Shown here piece after piece: positions 1 through 7,402 of a stretch of 64,000 bases of DNA. The position numbers and the translations under genes were made by a program. Source of the DNA: Escherichia phage ECML-117; sequence record JX128258. One strand, 5' to 3'. Each line of letters opens with the position of its first letter. The first letter of the stretch is position 1. Below the pieces are notes generated by a model. That model did no database searches. It was not told where the DNA came from and saw only the letters and a list, made by a program, of their open reading frames with translations.

Positions 1-94
1 TGATGTATTTATCAATTGTGCCGACGGTCTTAACCCTATGCTGACATTTGAGCGTCGCACCATCCGTGTTGCAACGTTTGGAGGGAAGTTATGA
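1..94 (+). CDS. 3' end of an upstream gene (partial; start lies outside window)
   Basis: Open frame from the window edge (frame of position 2) with no stop until TGA 92-94, overlapping the next start codon. Confidence 0.3.
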   Translation, partial: DVFINCADGLNPMLTFERRTIRVATFGGKL

Positions 95-276
95 GTACCG
101 AAGTCCACAACGCATCAGCCTTGGTTAGCTTTTACCGTAACAAAGGCGTGTCGCTCGTTAAAACGCCGCAAGGGATGTTGTTCTTTGGCACGCGATTCCT
201 GAAAGCATCGGAGCGTGAAACGCTGTCCAAGTTCGACCAGAAAACATTGCACGCAGTTTGGAGAAGACAACAATGA
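91..276 (+). CDS. hypothetical protein (61 aa)
   Basis: ORF-track ORF; GGAGGG Shine-Dalgarno just upstream of ATG 91. Confidence 0.5.
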   Translation: MSTEVHNASALVSFYRNKGVSLVKTPQGMLFFGTRFLKASERETLSKFDQKTLHAVWRRQQ

Positions 277-566
277 GACTAAGCCTAGCGCAAATTCAAA
301 CATTGTACCGGATGGAAGACGGAACGCCATACATGCTGCGCGGCGACCGCAAGAAGGCTTATGAAAAGCGGCCATCACTGTTTCACGACATCAATGCGCC
401 ATCAATCCCTGTCTTATTCCGGTTGGGCCTTGTTGATTGGGCGGCGCCAGGAGAGAAAGACCCGACGCGCTATTCATCCGTGGTGATGACAAAAGCAGGT
501 CGCGCGGCATTAAAAGAGATTAAAGAAAATATGGCTGGAGGTAAATATTATGACATCAAATCTTAA
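273..566 (+). CDS. hypothetical protein (97 aa)
   Basis: ORF-track frame 258..566; internal ATG 273 preceded by GGAGAAG chosen as start. Confidence 0.45.
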   Translation: MRLSLAQIQTLYRMEDGTPYMLRGDRKKAYEKRPSLFHDINAPSIPVLFRLGLVDWAAPGEKDPTRYSSVVMTKAGRAALKEIKENMAGGKYYDIKS

Positions 567-714
567 AGCCCGTTTATTATTCATCAAGCCGCATGTGCCA
601 TATAAGATTAGTAAGCGCACCTGGCTTAACATTTACAACCGCAGCGGCGACCGTTGTTTGTACAAGGCAAAGCGGCGCAAGAAGGTATATTCTTACACAA
701 CATCCATCAAATAA
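550..714 (+). CDS. small basic protein (54 aa), possible nucleic-acid binder
   Basis: ATG 550 preceded by GGAGG (536-540); K/R-rich; below ORF-track size cut-off. Confidence 0.3.
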   Translation: MTSNLKARLLFIKPHVPYKISKRTWLNIYNRSGDRCLYKAKRRKKVYSYTTSIK

Positions 715-732
715 GACTAGGAGAAGAATAAA

Positions 733-1245
733 ATGAAAATCGAACAACTCGAAGCAGTATTGGAAATGGCCGTAAAGGCAGGCGCAATCAAAAGCTATCG
801 TCGCGAGAAGTCAGATAGCGATAAGGTGTTTTGTCGCAACTTCTATATCGTTGGCAACCTTAACGACCACTACACCATCGAGTGGTATACTAACGTGATG
901 ACCCTTAAGTCGCGCACCATGGAGCTTTGGTGTGATGACATCTGTCTTTCGAATACTCACCCAAGCTATGATGTCGCCCTGGCATTCTATCACGGAAGCC
1001 GTCAACCTGTCGCCCACATCGGTGAGAAGCATGAGCATCTTAAGGCACGACCAGAGGAATCAATGGAAGGTTGGATTGAATGGGCTGGCGGAAAGAATCC
1101 GGTGCCTGGTAAGATGGTCGAATACAGGCTGCGCAATGAAGGGGATAAAGTGCTGTCAAGACTCTCTGACCATCTGCACTGGGCCCATATAGGAGGACTA
1201 AAAGGTAGTGACATCATTGCTTATCGGGTCGTTAAGGAGGGATGA
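733..1245 (+). CDS. hypothetical protein (170 aa)
   Basis: ORF with AGGAGAAG RBS; no motif recognised. Confidence 0.55.
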   Translation: MKIEQLEAVLEMAVKAGAIKSYRREKSDSDKVFCRNFYIVGNLNDHYTIEWYTNVMTLKSRTMELWCDDICLSNTHPSYDVALAFYHGSRQPVAHIGEKHEHLKARPEESMEGWIEWAGGKNPVPGKMVEYRLRNEGDKVLSRLSDHLHWAHIGGLKGSDIIAYRVVKEG

Positions 1246-1694
1246 TGGGTAAACGCCTTATCGCCGCTGGTTGGGCCATACCGAAGTGGGGTCATCGTGC
1301 GCATTACTTTGACGAAGGAGAAGTGCAAAGCCTTTGTGGTCGCGCAACGTATTTCGGTGATGAGCGCGTCAGCGGCGATTATATCGACTCGCTTTTAGGC
1401 AAAGGTGATTGCAAGAAGTGTCAGAATATATTAAGGGATATTCTTACGCAAAAAGGATTGCTTGAGCTTGATGAATCGGAAGAAGTAATTGAACTTAAGC
1501 TGGAAGCCAATCACCTTATTAATATGTTCAAGAACTATTACGCAACTAATATGCGCTCAAAAATGAGCGAGGAAGTAATAGAAAAGGTGTTCACCTACAA
1601 TCCGCTAAGGATGAATAAAACCAAATTGAAGAAGTTTAATATAATGTTAAGGAAAGAATTTAAAAGGCTAGGGGTGAAGAATTTTATATTTTAA
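1242..1694 (+). CDS. hypothetical protein (150 aa) with N-terminal Cys cluster
   Basis: Start overlaps previous stop (ATGATGG); Cys at C32/C57/C60 suggests a small metal-binding domain; AT-rich C-terminal half. Confidence 0.5.
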   Translation: MMGKRLIAAGWAIPKWGHRAHYFDEGEVQSLCGRATYFGDERVSGDYIDSLLGKGDCKKCQNILRDILTQKGLLELDESEEVIELKLEANHLINMFKNYYATNMRSKMSEEVIEKVFTYNPLRMNKTKLKKFNIMLRKEFKRLGVKNFIF

Positions 1695-1711
1695 TAGTGA
1701 TTAATGTTAAG

Positions 1712-1735
1712 AGGGCCGATTGGCCCTTTTTGTTT
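1712..1735 (+). terminator. rho-independent terminator
   Basis: AGGGCC-GATT-GGCCCT hairpin followed by TTTTTGTTTG, directly after the 1242..1694 stop. Confidence 0.6.
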
Positions 1736-2019
1736 GCCCGTGGGGTGTGAGTCTTTATTATCGGATAAAGCGATTGATTTGTGTAAATCTATTAGAGGAT
1801 GGTGGGGAATGAGGATTGTGACGTGATTTGTGTGTCTTGAATATGTGTGCGGATTTGGAAGAATATTGTACTGTGGTGCTGTGGGATTGGAGAGGGAATC
1901 ACTAGGTTTTGGGGCGTGTACCGTGGTGTGTGGGCCTGTAGGCTGCGCCGTCTCTGGGATTGCCGCCTGAAATTTAAAAGGAGATATAGTTAGCTGGCTA
2001 ACCTTACGTATAGAATTTA

Positions 2020-2310
2020 AGCGTATAATGACGTAAGATTTGGACCTATCCGTAGTTCACTCCACACACTTCTATGGTGCGCCGCGACTGGGTTCAGTGG
2101 TACATCTTACGGATGATACGGATGATACGCGTCGCCGCTATACTTTATACAACTTTGAAAAAAACAATTAACTCCATTTTGAATTAATTTAAATTAATTT
2201 TTTTCTACATCCTCATACTTATACTAAACTTATGTTTATACGTATTATCCGTAAGATATAAGTAAAAACAAAGACTTGCGGCAATACGGATGATACGTCA
2301 TGATACGCTT
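2020..2310 (+). promoter_or_regulatory. iteron/AT-rich regulatory element, copy A (candidate origin or operator-promoter module)
   Basis: CGTATAATGACGTA at 2022-2035; 45-nt block at 2104-2150 containing tandem GGATGATACG 9-10-mers; AT-rich core 2150-2250; further CGGATGATACG copies at 2285-2306; near-identical block at 18102-18148. Confidence 0.6.
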
Positions 2311-2535
2311 CAACCAGCCAGCAGCGGCTAAGTCATTGATTTGCATAACAAGCGGCGAAAGGGATGGATTTCTTTTATACGTATCAAACAGTACACCACG
2401 CACCACGGTCCGCTATTCATTCAGCACTATGATTTGTGTACTTTTACAGCCAATTTGAACATCAATCTGCACTTGAATATAATGTTCATTCATTGTATAA
2501 TTCACACTATTAATTTGCACTATGGGATTTGCACT

Positions 2536-3009
2536 ATGAGTCAAGATTATGTAGCAATGCCTGAAGACTTTGAAGACCCGCGATTTGCAGAGCATAATCA
2601 GGCATTATTCGATGAGTTCATTGACCTTGTTATTCAGGGCCATGACATGCGCGCAGCTTTTGCACTAGTATTTGGCATGGAGGTTGCGACCGATAACTAC
2701 ACTGGCCAGCGAATCCTCTGCACGCAACGCAATCCGTACTACAAGATGCGCTACAAAAAGCGTATGGAAGAGATGCCATTGAAGGAATTGTGGAGTGTAA
2801 AGAGTTCCATCCACAATTTAGTGAAGCTTGTGCGTGATCCAGAAGTCGCAGCATCAGCCAAGCTTAATGCCATTCGTGAACTGAATATCATCTACGGCAT
2901 CACGATGATTGATGAGAATGGCAATAGTAAAATGGGCCGTTCCATGGACGATTTCTACAAGGATTTTGGAGAGGCAGCCAAAGAGGGTGAGCAATTCTCC
3001 CGCCACTAG
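2536..3009 (+). CDS. hypothetical protein (157 aa)
   Basis: In-frame ATG 2536 inside ORF-track frame 2341..3009; the upstream part of that frame is AT-rich repeat DNA; no clear SD; start overlaps repeat copy 2. Confidence 0.45.
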   Translation: MSQDYVAMPEDFEDPRFAEHNQALFDEFIDLVIQGHDMRAAFALVFGMEVATDNYTGQRILCTQRNPYYKMRYKKRMEEMPLKELWSVKSSIHNLVKLVRDPEVAASAKLNAIRELNIIYGITMIDENGNSKMGRSMDDFYKDFGEAAKEGEQFSRH

Positions 3010-3028
3010 CCAATTTGCACTATAAAAC

Positions 3029-3062
3029 GGCCCTAGAACACATTTTCTCCACTTCTAGGGCC
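3029..3062 (+). other. perfect 10-bp stem-loop (possible terminator or RNA element)
   Basis: GGCCCTAGAA ... TTCTAGGGCC with 14-nt loop, 20 nt after the 2536..3009 stop; no T-run. Confidence 0.45.
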
Positions 3063-3407
3063 ATCGGTAATACGACGGGGAAGGTTACAACCATAAACGC
3101 TTTAGAAAGTGTATTATTATAAGTCATCTTTTAGTCACTTTACGTAACAATTTACGACCTTCCGCCGTCCAGTCGAACGACTCCACCAGCAGATTTGCAC
3201 TATAACCTAAGACGATGCGCCCTTTCTCGTTATCGACCCGCCAACAAGTCTCGAATAGCATTCGATTTGCACTATTAACTATCGCCGCAACGCGCGTTGG
3301 GTAAGCGCAATTTGCACTATGGTCGTAAAGGGATAAGGTGCGACCACTTCCGATGGACAACGTAGCGATGAGAATAAGCGTATTCATAAGCCACCAATTT
3401 GCACTAT

Positions 3408-3431
3408 GAAAAGCGACCCCGAAGGGCCGCC
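3408..3431 (-). terminator. candidate rho-independent terminator (minus strand)
   Basis: On the minus strand GCGGCCC-TTCG-GGGTCGC imperfect hairpin followed by TTTTC, just after the 3438..4064 stop. Confidence 0.4.
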
Positions 3432-3437
3432 ATTCGA

Positions 3438-4064
3438 TTAGATAATCTGGAATGTGTAGGACTTGTTGCCGAACTCAAAGGTCAAGCGTCCAGCTTCTTT
3501 AAGCTTCATGCGGAAGCGAATGTGCTTGCTATCCGGTAATCCCAGCGCGGCGAACGCTACGCGGACCGATTTGAACTCGCCTACACCTTCGACCATGACG
3601 CCGTTACGGGTGAGACGCTTTTGCGCCACTTCCTTGTTATCCCAACTTTTTGCAATACCTTCGCTATTCGAACGGCGATGGGAAGGACTGGCAATTTTAT
3701 CCGCGCCAACCGGAGCATCATTCAGGCCGCTTTTAACGAAGGCTTCATATTCTTCGTCGGTCATCGCGTCGAGTTCTTCCTGGGTCGGCTCCGCTTTTTT
3801 AACGACCGCACGCGCTTTGTGCGTTTTTACATCGCTGGACACTTCCTCGCGCGGCTTCGCGTCTGGGATGGGCGATTCGTTGGACGGCTCATCGAGCGCG
3901 TTTAAGGACTCGATTAACGCGATGACGCGAGTCTCAGCGGTGCGACGGTCCGCAAACTTCTTAATCGGTTTTGAGCCGGAGTTAGCGTTATAGAATGCAA
4001 CGAGGTCGGCGGTCTTAGTTGCGATAACGTCGCCGCTAGTAGAGAAACGATTCAAGCTAACCAT
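3438..4064 (-). CDS. hypothetical early protein (208 aa) with acidic/lysine-rich linker
   Basis: ORF with AGGAG RBS; driven by the leftward promoter at 4134-4161; CpG-rich codon usage unlike the structural genes. Confidence 0.6.
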   Translation of the reverse strand: MVSLNRFSTSGDVIATKTADLVAFYNANSGSKPIKKFADRRTAETRVIALIESLNALDEPSNESPIPDAKPREEVSSDVKTHKARAVVKKAEPTQEELDAMTDEEYEAFVKSGLNDAPVGADKIASPSHRRSNSEGIAKSWDNKEVAQKRLTRNGVMVEGVGEFKSVRVAFAALGLPDSKHIRFRMKLKEAGRLTFEFGNKSYTFQII

Positions 4065-4133
4065 AATAAACTCCTAGTTTGGGAGCGGCGTTAACGACCT
4101 ATTCGCTAACTCATCCCGTCCCGATATGAGTAC

Positions 4134-4161
4134 ATTATAATATAGTGTAGAAAAAAGTAAA
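4134..4161 (-). promoter_or_regulatory. sigma70-like promoter (leftward)
   Basis: Minus strand: TTTACT (-35) - 16 nt - TATAAT (-10); -35 embedded in CGAAAAAGTGCTTTACT, the same 17-mer that precedes the promoter at 4604. Confidence 0.5.
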
Positions 4162-4205
4162 GCACTTTTTCGATAAAAATGCGATAAATTATTTTATCTT
4201 TTTTC

Positions 4206-4233
4206 TTTACTTCTTCGTACACTCGCGTATACT
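4206..4233 (+). promoter_or_regulatory. sigma70-like promoter (rightward)
   Basis: TTTACT - 16 nt - TATACT upstream of gene 4290; shares CTTTACTTCTTCGTACACT with the promoter at 4604. Confidence 0.5.
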
Positions 4234-4289
4234 TGTTTATATCGAGACGGGCGATGGCCCTTCCTTCTACTAGCATCGGGAGCTTTATT

Positions 4290-4592
4290 ATGACTACTTT
4301 AATCTCTTCCATCCTTACTTACGACGAAGACCGTTTAACCGTTCGCTCTCTTATCGCCGCCGTTAACGCGGAACTAGAATCTAGCGCCATTAAGGTCCGC
4401 GCGGTCGCCTTCATCGGCCTTTCCTTCGACGATATGAAGTACGCCGAACGTAGCGCCATCCGCTTCGCGAAGACCGACGACGAAGCCGTTACCCTTATCG
4501 AGACGGTTACGCCGCGCGGCGAAGCGTTAATTATCGTCGAGTATATCGACGTAGAAGGCGATAAATCTTATAAACATTTTATCGCAGAATGA
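4290..4592 (+). CDS. small acidic protein (100 aa), early gene
   Basis: ATG 4290 with GGGAG RBS; net acidic; N-terminus MTTLISSI resembles the next gene's MITLAAI. Confidence 0.55.
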   Translation: MTTLISSILTYDEDRLTVRSLIAAVNAELESSAIKVRAVAFIGLSFDDMKYAERSAIRFAKTDDEAVTLIETVTPRGEALIIVEYIDVEGDKSYKHFIAE

Positions 4593-4603
4593 CGAAAAAG
4601 TGC

Positions 4604-4632
4604 TTTACTTCTTCGTACACTAAGACTATAAT
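4604..4632 (+). promoter_or_regulatory. sigma70-like promoter (rightward)
   Basis: TTTACT - 17 nt - TATAAT; preceded by CGAAAAAGTG upstream element. Confidence 0.55.
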
Positions 4633-4699
4633 GTTTTATATCGAGAGGGGATGAGGTAGCGAATAGGTCGCTACCCTCCCGACTAACTAGGAGAATATT

Positions 4700-4990
4700 A
4701 TGATTACTTTAGCCGCTATCCGTTCCGCTCGCGTCGAAACTTCCGAAAACTCTAACGTATTTGGCGAAACCTTAGAGAGCGTTTATCTCTCTAACGTAGA
4801 CGCAACTATCGAGTCTATTTATGAGCCGATCAACTTTCTCGACCTTTACAAGTATCGCGACGAGGACATCGTATCCTACCGCGTAACGATTAACGGCTTC
4901 GTTTATACGATCACCGAAATCGGCGGCGAATATATAGCTGTACCGCAACTCGGCGGCGAAGTAACTTACTTTAAAATCGTAAGCCTTTAA
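4700..4990 (+). CDS. small acidic protein (96 aa), early gene
   Basis: AGGAGAA RBS; net acidic; possible paralogue of the 4290 gene. Confidence 0.55.
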   Translation: MITLAAIRSARVETSENSNVFGETLESVYLSNVDATIESIYEPINFLDLYKYRDEDIVSYRVTINGFVYTITEIGGEYIAVPQLGGEVTYFKIVSL

Positions 4991-5001
4991 GGAGAAGAAA
5001 G

Positions 5002-5211
5002 ATGACTAATATGAATAACTCTCTTAACGCGCGCGCCCATCGCACCGCCGTAATCGATATGTTTCGCGAGCTTAAGGAATTATGCGATAATATGAACGCG
5101 ATGTTATCCATCGGCGGCTGGGGATACGAAGAAGAAGTTAAATACGCGGTTATGCGTCGCCGTCGCGATAACGTCCTTGGACAAATTAAACGCGCCGGAT
5201 TATTCCTTTAA
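5002..5211 (+). CDS. small protein (69 aa)
   Basis: AAGGAGAAG RBS; followed by a terminator. Confidence 0.5.
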   Translation: MTNMNNSLNARAHRTAVIDMFRELKELCDNMNAMLSIGGWGYEEEVKYAVMRRRRDNVLGQIKRAGLFL

Positions 5212-5237
5212 TTATAATCACCCACCGTTACTAATAG

Positions 5238-5262
5238 GCCGCGCTTAGTCGCGGCTTTTCTT
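5238..5262 (+). terminator. rho-independent terminator
   Basis: GCCGCG-CTTAGT-CGCGGC hairpin followed by TTTTCTT. Confidence 0.55.
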
Positions 5263-5381
5263 CGTCCCTATCTCAATGCGCTTCTCCGCGAAAATTCCTT
5301 TATCCTTCCCTTCGTCGTCGCATAATCTTCGTCGAGATGCTCCTTAGTTCGCATAACGGGTATTACGTTAAATGGAGAACA

Positions 5382-5457
5382 TCGCGTAAGTCCTTGTTTT
5401 ATATAGACACCTATATCGGACCGTTAAGGCGGGTCGCGTAAGTCGTTGTTTTATAAA
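5382..5457 (+). repeat. direct repeat, 2 x 24 bp (TCGCGTAAGTCNTTGTTTTATANA)
   Basis: Copies at 5382-5405 and 5434-5457 in non-coding DNA. Confidence 0.6.
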
Positions 5458-5733
5458 GGCGCAAAACTTTCCCTTCGTTCCGAACTAAAACGAGAAATAT
5501 GCGGACCCTTCGCCCGAAAATAGTACGCATGCGAAATTACCGACATCTAGAATAATCCCCGCCGATATTATCCTACACGCAATCATTAGCCTTCGAATCA
5601 TTATGCTTCATATTATTATGCATCGAATCATTCGCTTTCGAATTGTAACGCTGGAAACTGTAACGGCGATTGATTATTGCGTTCGTGTGGTTTTTATGGC
5701 ATGGGTCTTTTGGTGCGTTTTGGTACTTGATGA

Positions 5734-5845
5734 AATTTGCAGTACACTAATCAAAATACGACACATTTGGTCCACTAACTTTTCAAAGAAAAAGTCCTAG
5801 ACAGTACCGTACTATTTTGTGCCCACAGTAAATTTGCAGTACACT
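5734..5845 (+). repeat. direct repeat, 2 x 16-mer AAATTTGCAGTACACT
   Basis: Copies at 5734-5748 and 5830-5845; core ATTTGCA shared with the 11-mer array at 2513-3407. Confidence 0.6.
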
Positions 5846-5913
5846 CCTGCGCGGCAGGCAAAGAAAGGGCCGCCACAGCGACCCACGATTCACGGTTAAA
5901 TCAGCAACACCCA

Positions 5914-6324
5914 CTATTCGCTCTTATGGGCATCACCAAAGCCATCCGCAATCTGGCTGATCAATGATTCAATGGACACAGTTTTACCAATTGATCGAGC
6001 GGTAATAGCAAGCATATTATCAATCAAACCATGATTGGATGCATATGGTCCAGGTTTTGAATCATCTTCAGGACAGCCAAAAAGCTGGTCGCGCAAACTT
6101 TCGAGAGAACGCTCAATATTTTCCAGCTTCTCTTCTAAATCAGATTGGCGACGTAAAACCCATGTTAAGTCTCGGTTGCCGACTTCCAACCCATCAGAAT
6201 CGCAAGCTGGAACGTCAATTTTGATGCTGCCACCAAAGGCCATTCCGCTGCCTTTAGTATATGTGTTGTGAATAGAATCATTCTTATTTGACATATCATT
6301 ACCTTTCATGAGGGTGATTAACAA
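5914..6324 (-). CDS. hypothetical protein (about 126-136 aa)
   Basis: ORF-track ORF; start probably at internal Met (MSNKND...). Confidence 0.5.
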   Translation of the reverse strand: MLITLMKGNDMSNKNDSIHNTYTKGSGMAFGGSIKIDVPACDSDGLEVGNRDLTWVLRRQSDLEEKLENIERSLESLRDQLFGCPEDDSKPGPYASNHGLIDNMLAITARSIGKTVSIESLISQIADGFGDAHKSE

Positions 6325-6354
6325 TAACTATAATAAAGCCGCATAGCGCGGCAT

Positions 6355-6615
6355 TCAAATCGGTTTGTTAATTGTAACGATTGGATTCATCAATCGATAC
6401 CAACTGTGCTGGGTCGCCGGATACGGTCGAGCCAATGATACCCATCTGCTGAAAGAACTCTGAATAAACTTCCTTCCAGTATCTACGCGCTGCTTTCTGA
6501 GCCTGCCTTTGCGCTTGAAGCTTTTACCTTGAAAGATGAAACGGTCGCTTGCCGCTCGATACTCCACCACACCTTCCAGCCATTGTAAGAACGCTACTGA
6601 TTCATTCTGATTCAT
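6355..6615 (-). CDS. hypothetical protein, possibly frameshifted
   Basis: N-terminal part looks protein-like in the ORF-track frame; around 6520-6535 an alternative frame gives a more protein-like C-terminus (…KEVYSEFFQQMGIIGSTVSGDPAQLVSIDESNRYN). Confidence 0.35.
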   Translation of the reverse strand: MNQNESVAFLQWLEGVVEYRAASDRFIFQGKSFKRKGRLRKQRVDTGRKFIQSSFSRWVSLARPYPATQHSWYRLMNPIVTINKPI

Positions 6616-6622
6616 GTTAACC

Positions 6623-7018
6623 TCAATATTTTAATAAGAAAGCACCCAACCAACTTTCCTCAATCTCGCGGCCAGTAGCCACACGGTCGGTCTTTGCTAT
6701 GGGTCTGGATTCGCCGCAAGGTAATCCGTCTTGCAGTTGTGTACTATTGCCAATTCTCACCATGACCTTTCCATCAGGGTCGATATAAGCGCGACAACCC
6801 ATGATTTCGAGTCGTTGTAGACACTGGCGAATCGTTTTCAGCCTTTCACCGGACCGGATAGAGCGCGGTCGCGACCGCTGACCGTTCTTATTCACTGTCC
6901 GCTTAACGACCGGAATCTCATTGGTGCGTTTCGCTTTCGGTCGGTAATAGGCTTCTTCGCCAGGAGTCGCACCTGGCGTCAATTCACGCTTGAGCGCCTT
7001 TTCAATATCGATGATCAT
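6623..7018 (-). CDS. hypothetical protein (131 aa)
   Basis: ORF-track frame 6623..7078; start placed at internal ATG (MIIDIEKAL). Confidence 0.45.
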   Translation of the reverse strand: MIIDIEKALKRELTPGATPGEEAYYRPKAKRTNEIPVVKRTVNKNGQRSRPRSIRSGERLKTIRQCLQRLEIMGCRAYIDPDGKVMVRIGNSTQLQDGLPCGESRPIAKTDRVATGREIEESWLGAFLLKY

Positions 7019-7111
7019 AATTATGCCGCAGCAGCGTGGATGATTACGTAAACTATGCCAAATAGCGCGGCAATACATACCGTGCCCCAGAATGCAAAGC
7101 GTCGTGACTCT

Positions 7112-7321
7112 TTATCCATTGTCCACCGCTCCAATATCCTTCAAGAACTTGTGCAAGTCACCTTTCTTATTAAGCTTTTGCATAGTTTTGATATCATCAA
7201 GTGATATGCCTTGATCGCTTTGTTGTTTGTCAATGCAGACAATGCCGCCTTTCTTGGCCTTGATTGTCATGCCTTTGGCTTCAATACTTTTTACGAAATC
7301 GGACAATAATTTAATTTCCAT
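7112..7321 (-). CDS. hypothetical protein (69 aa)
   Basis: GAGGTG RBS before ATG (MEIKLLSD). Confidence 0.45.
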   Translation of the reverse strand: MEIKLLSDFVKSIEAKGMTIKAKKGGIVCIDKQQSDQGISLDDIKTMQKLNKKGDLHKFLKDIGAVDNG

Positions 7322-7402
7322 AATACACCTCACTTGTTAACGTATAATGAGTATAACTTAATAGCGCATAAAGTAAAGGCGCTTTTCAGCGCCTTGAGTG
7401 AA

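Larger units (their letters stand above)
2513..3407 (+). repeat. dispersed direct-repeat array of the 11-mer ATTTGCACTAT (7 copies)
   Basis: Exact copies at 2513, 2527, 3013, 3193, 3265, 3310 and 3397, all on the + strand; five lie in the non-coding gap between convergent genes. Confidence 0.7.

Noticed and set aside
2341-2535. N-terminal 65 codons of ORF-track frame 2341..3009
   Set aside because: Upstream part is AT-rich repeat DNA encoding implausible protein sequence; the gene most likely starts at ATG 2536.
3124-3387. 87-aa minus-strand ORF
   Set aside because: Spans the ATTTGCACTAT repeat array, has no RBS and lies between convergent gene ends; more likely non-coding.
2513-3407. Possible CRISPR array formed by the 11-mer repeats
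   Set aside because: Repeat is only 11-13 bp, spacing is irregular (14-180 bp), and no cas genes are present.
5603-5800. 65-aa + strand ORF
   Set aside because: No Shine-Dalgarno, overlaps repeat elements, hydrophobic low-complexity product; kept only as a remote possibility.
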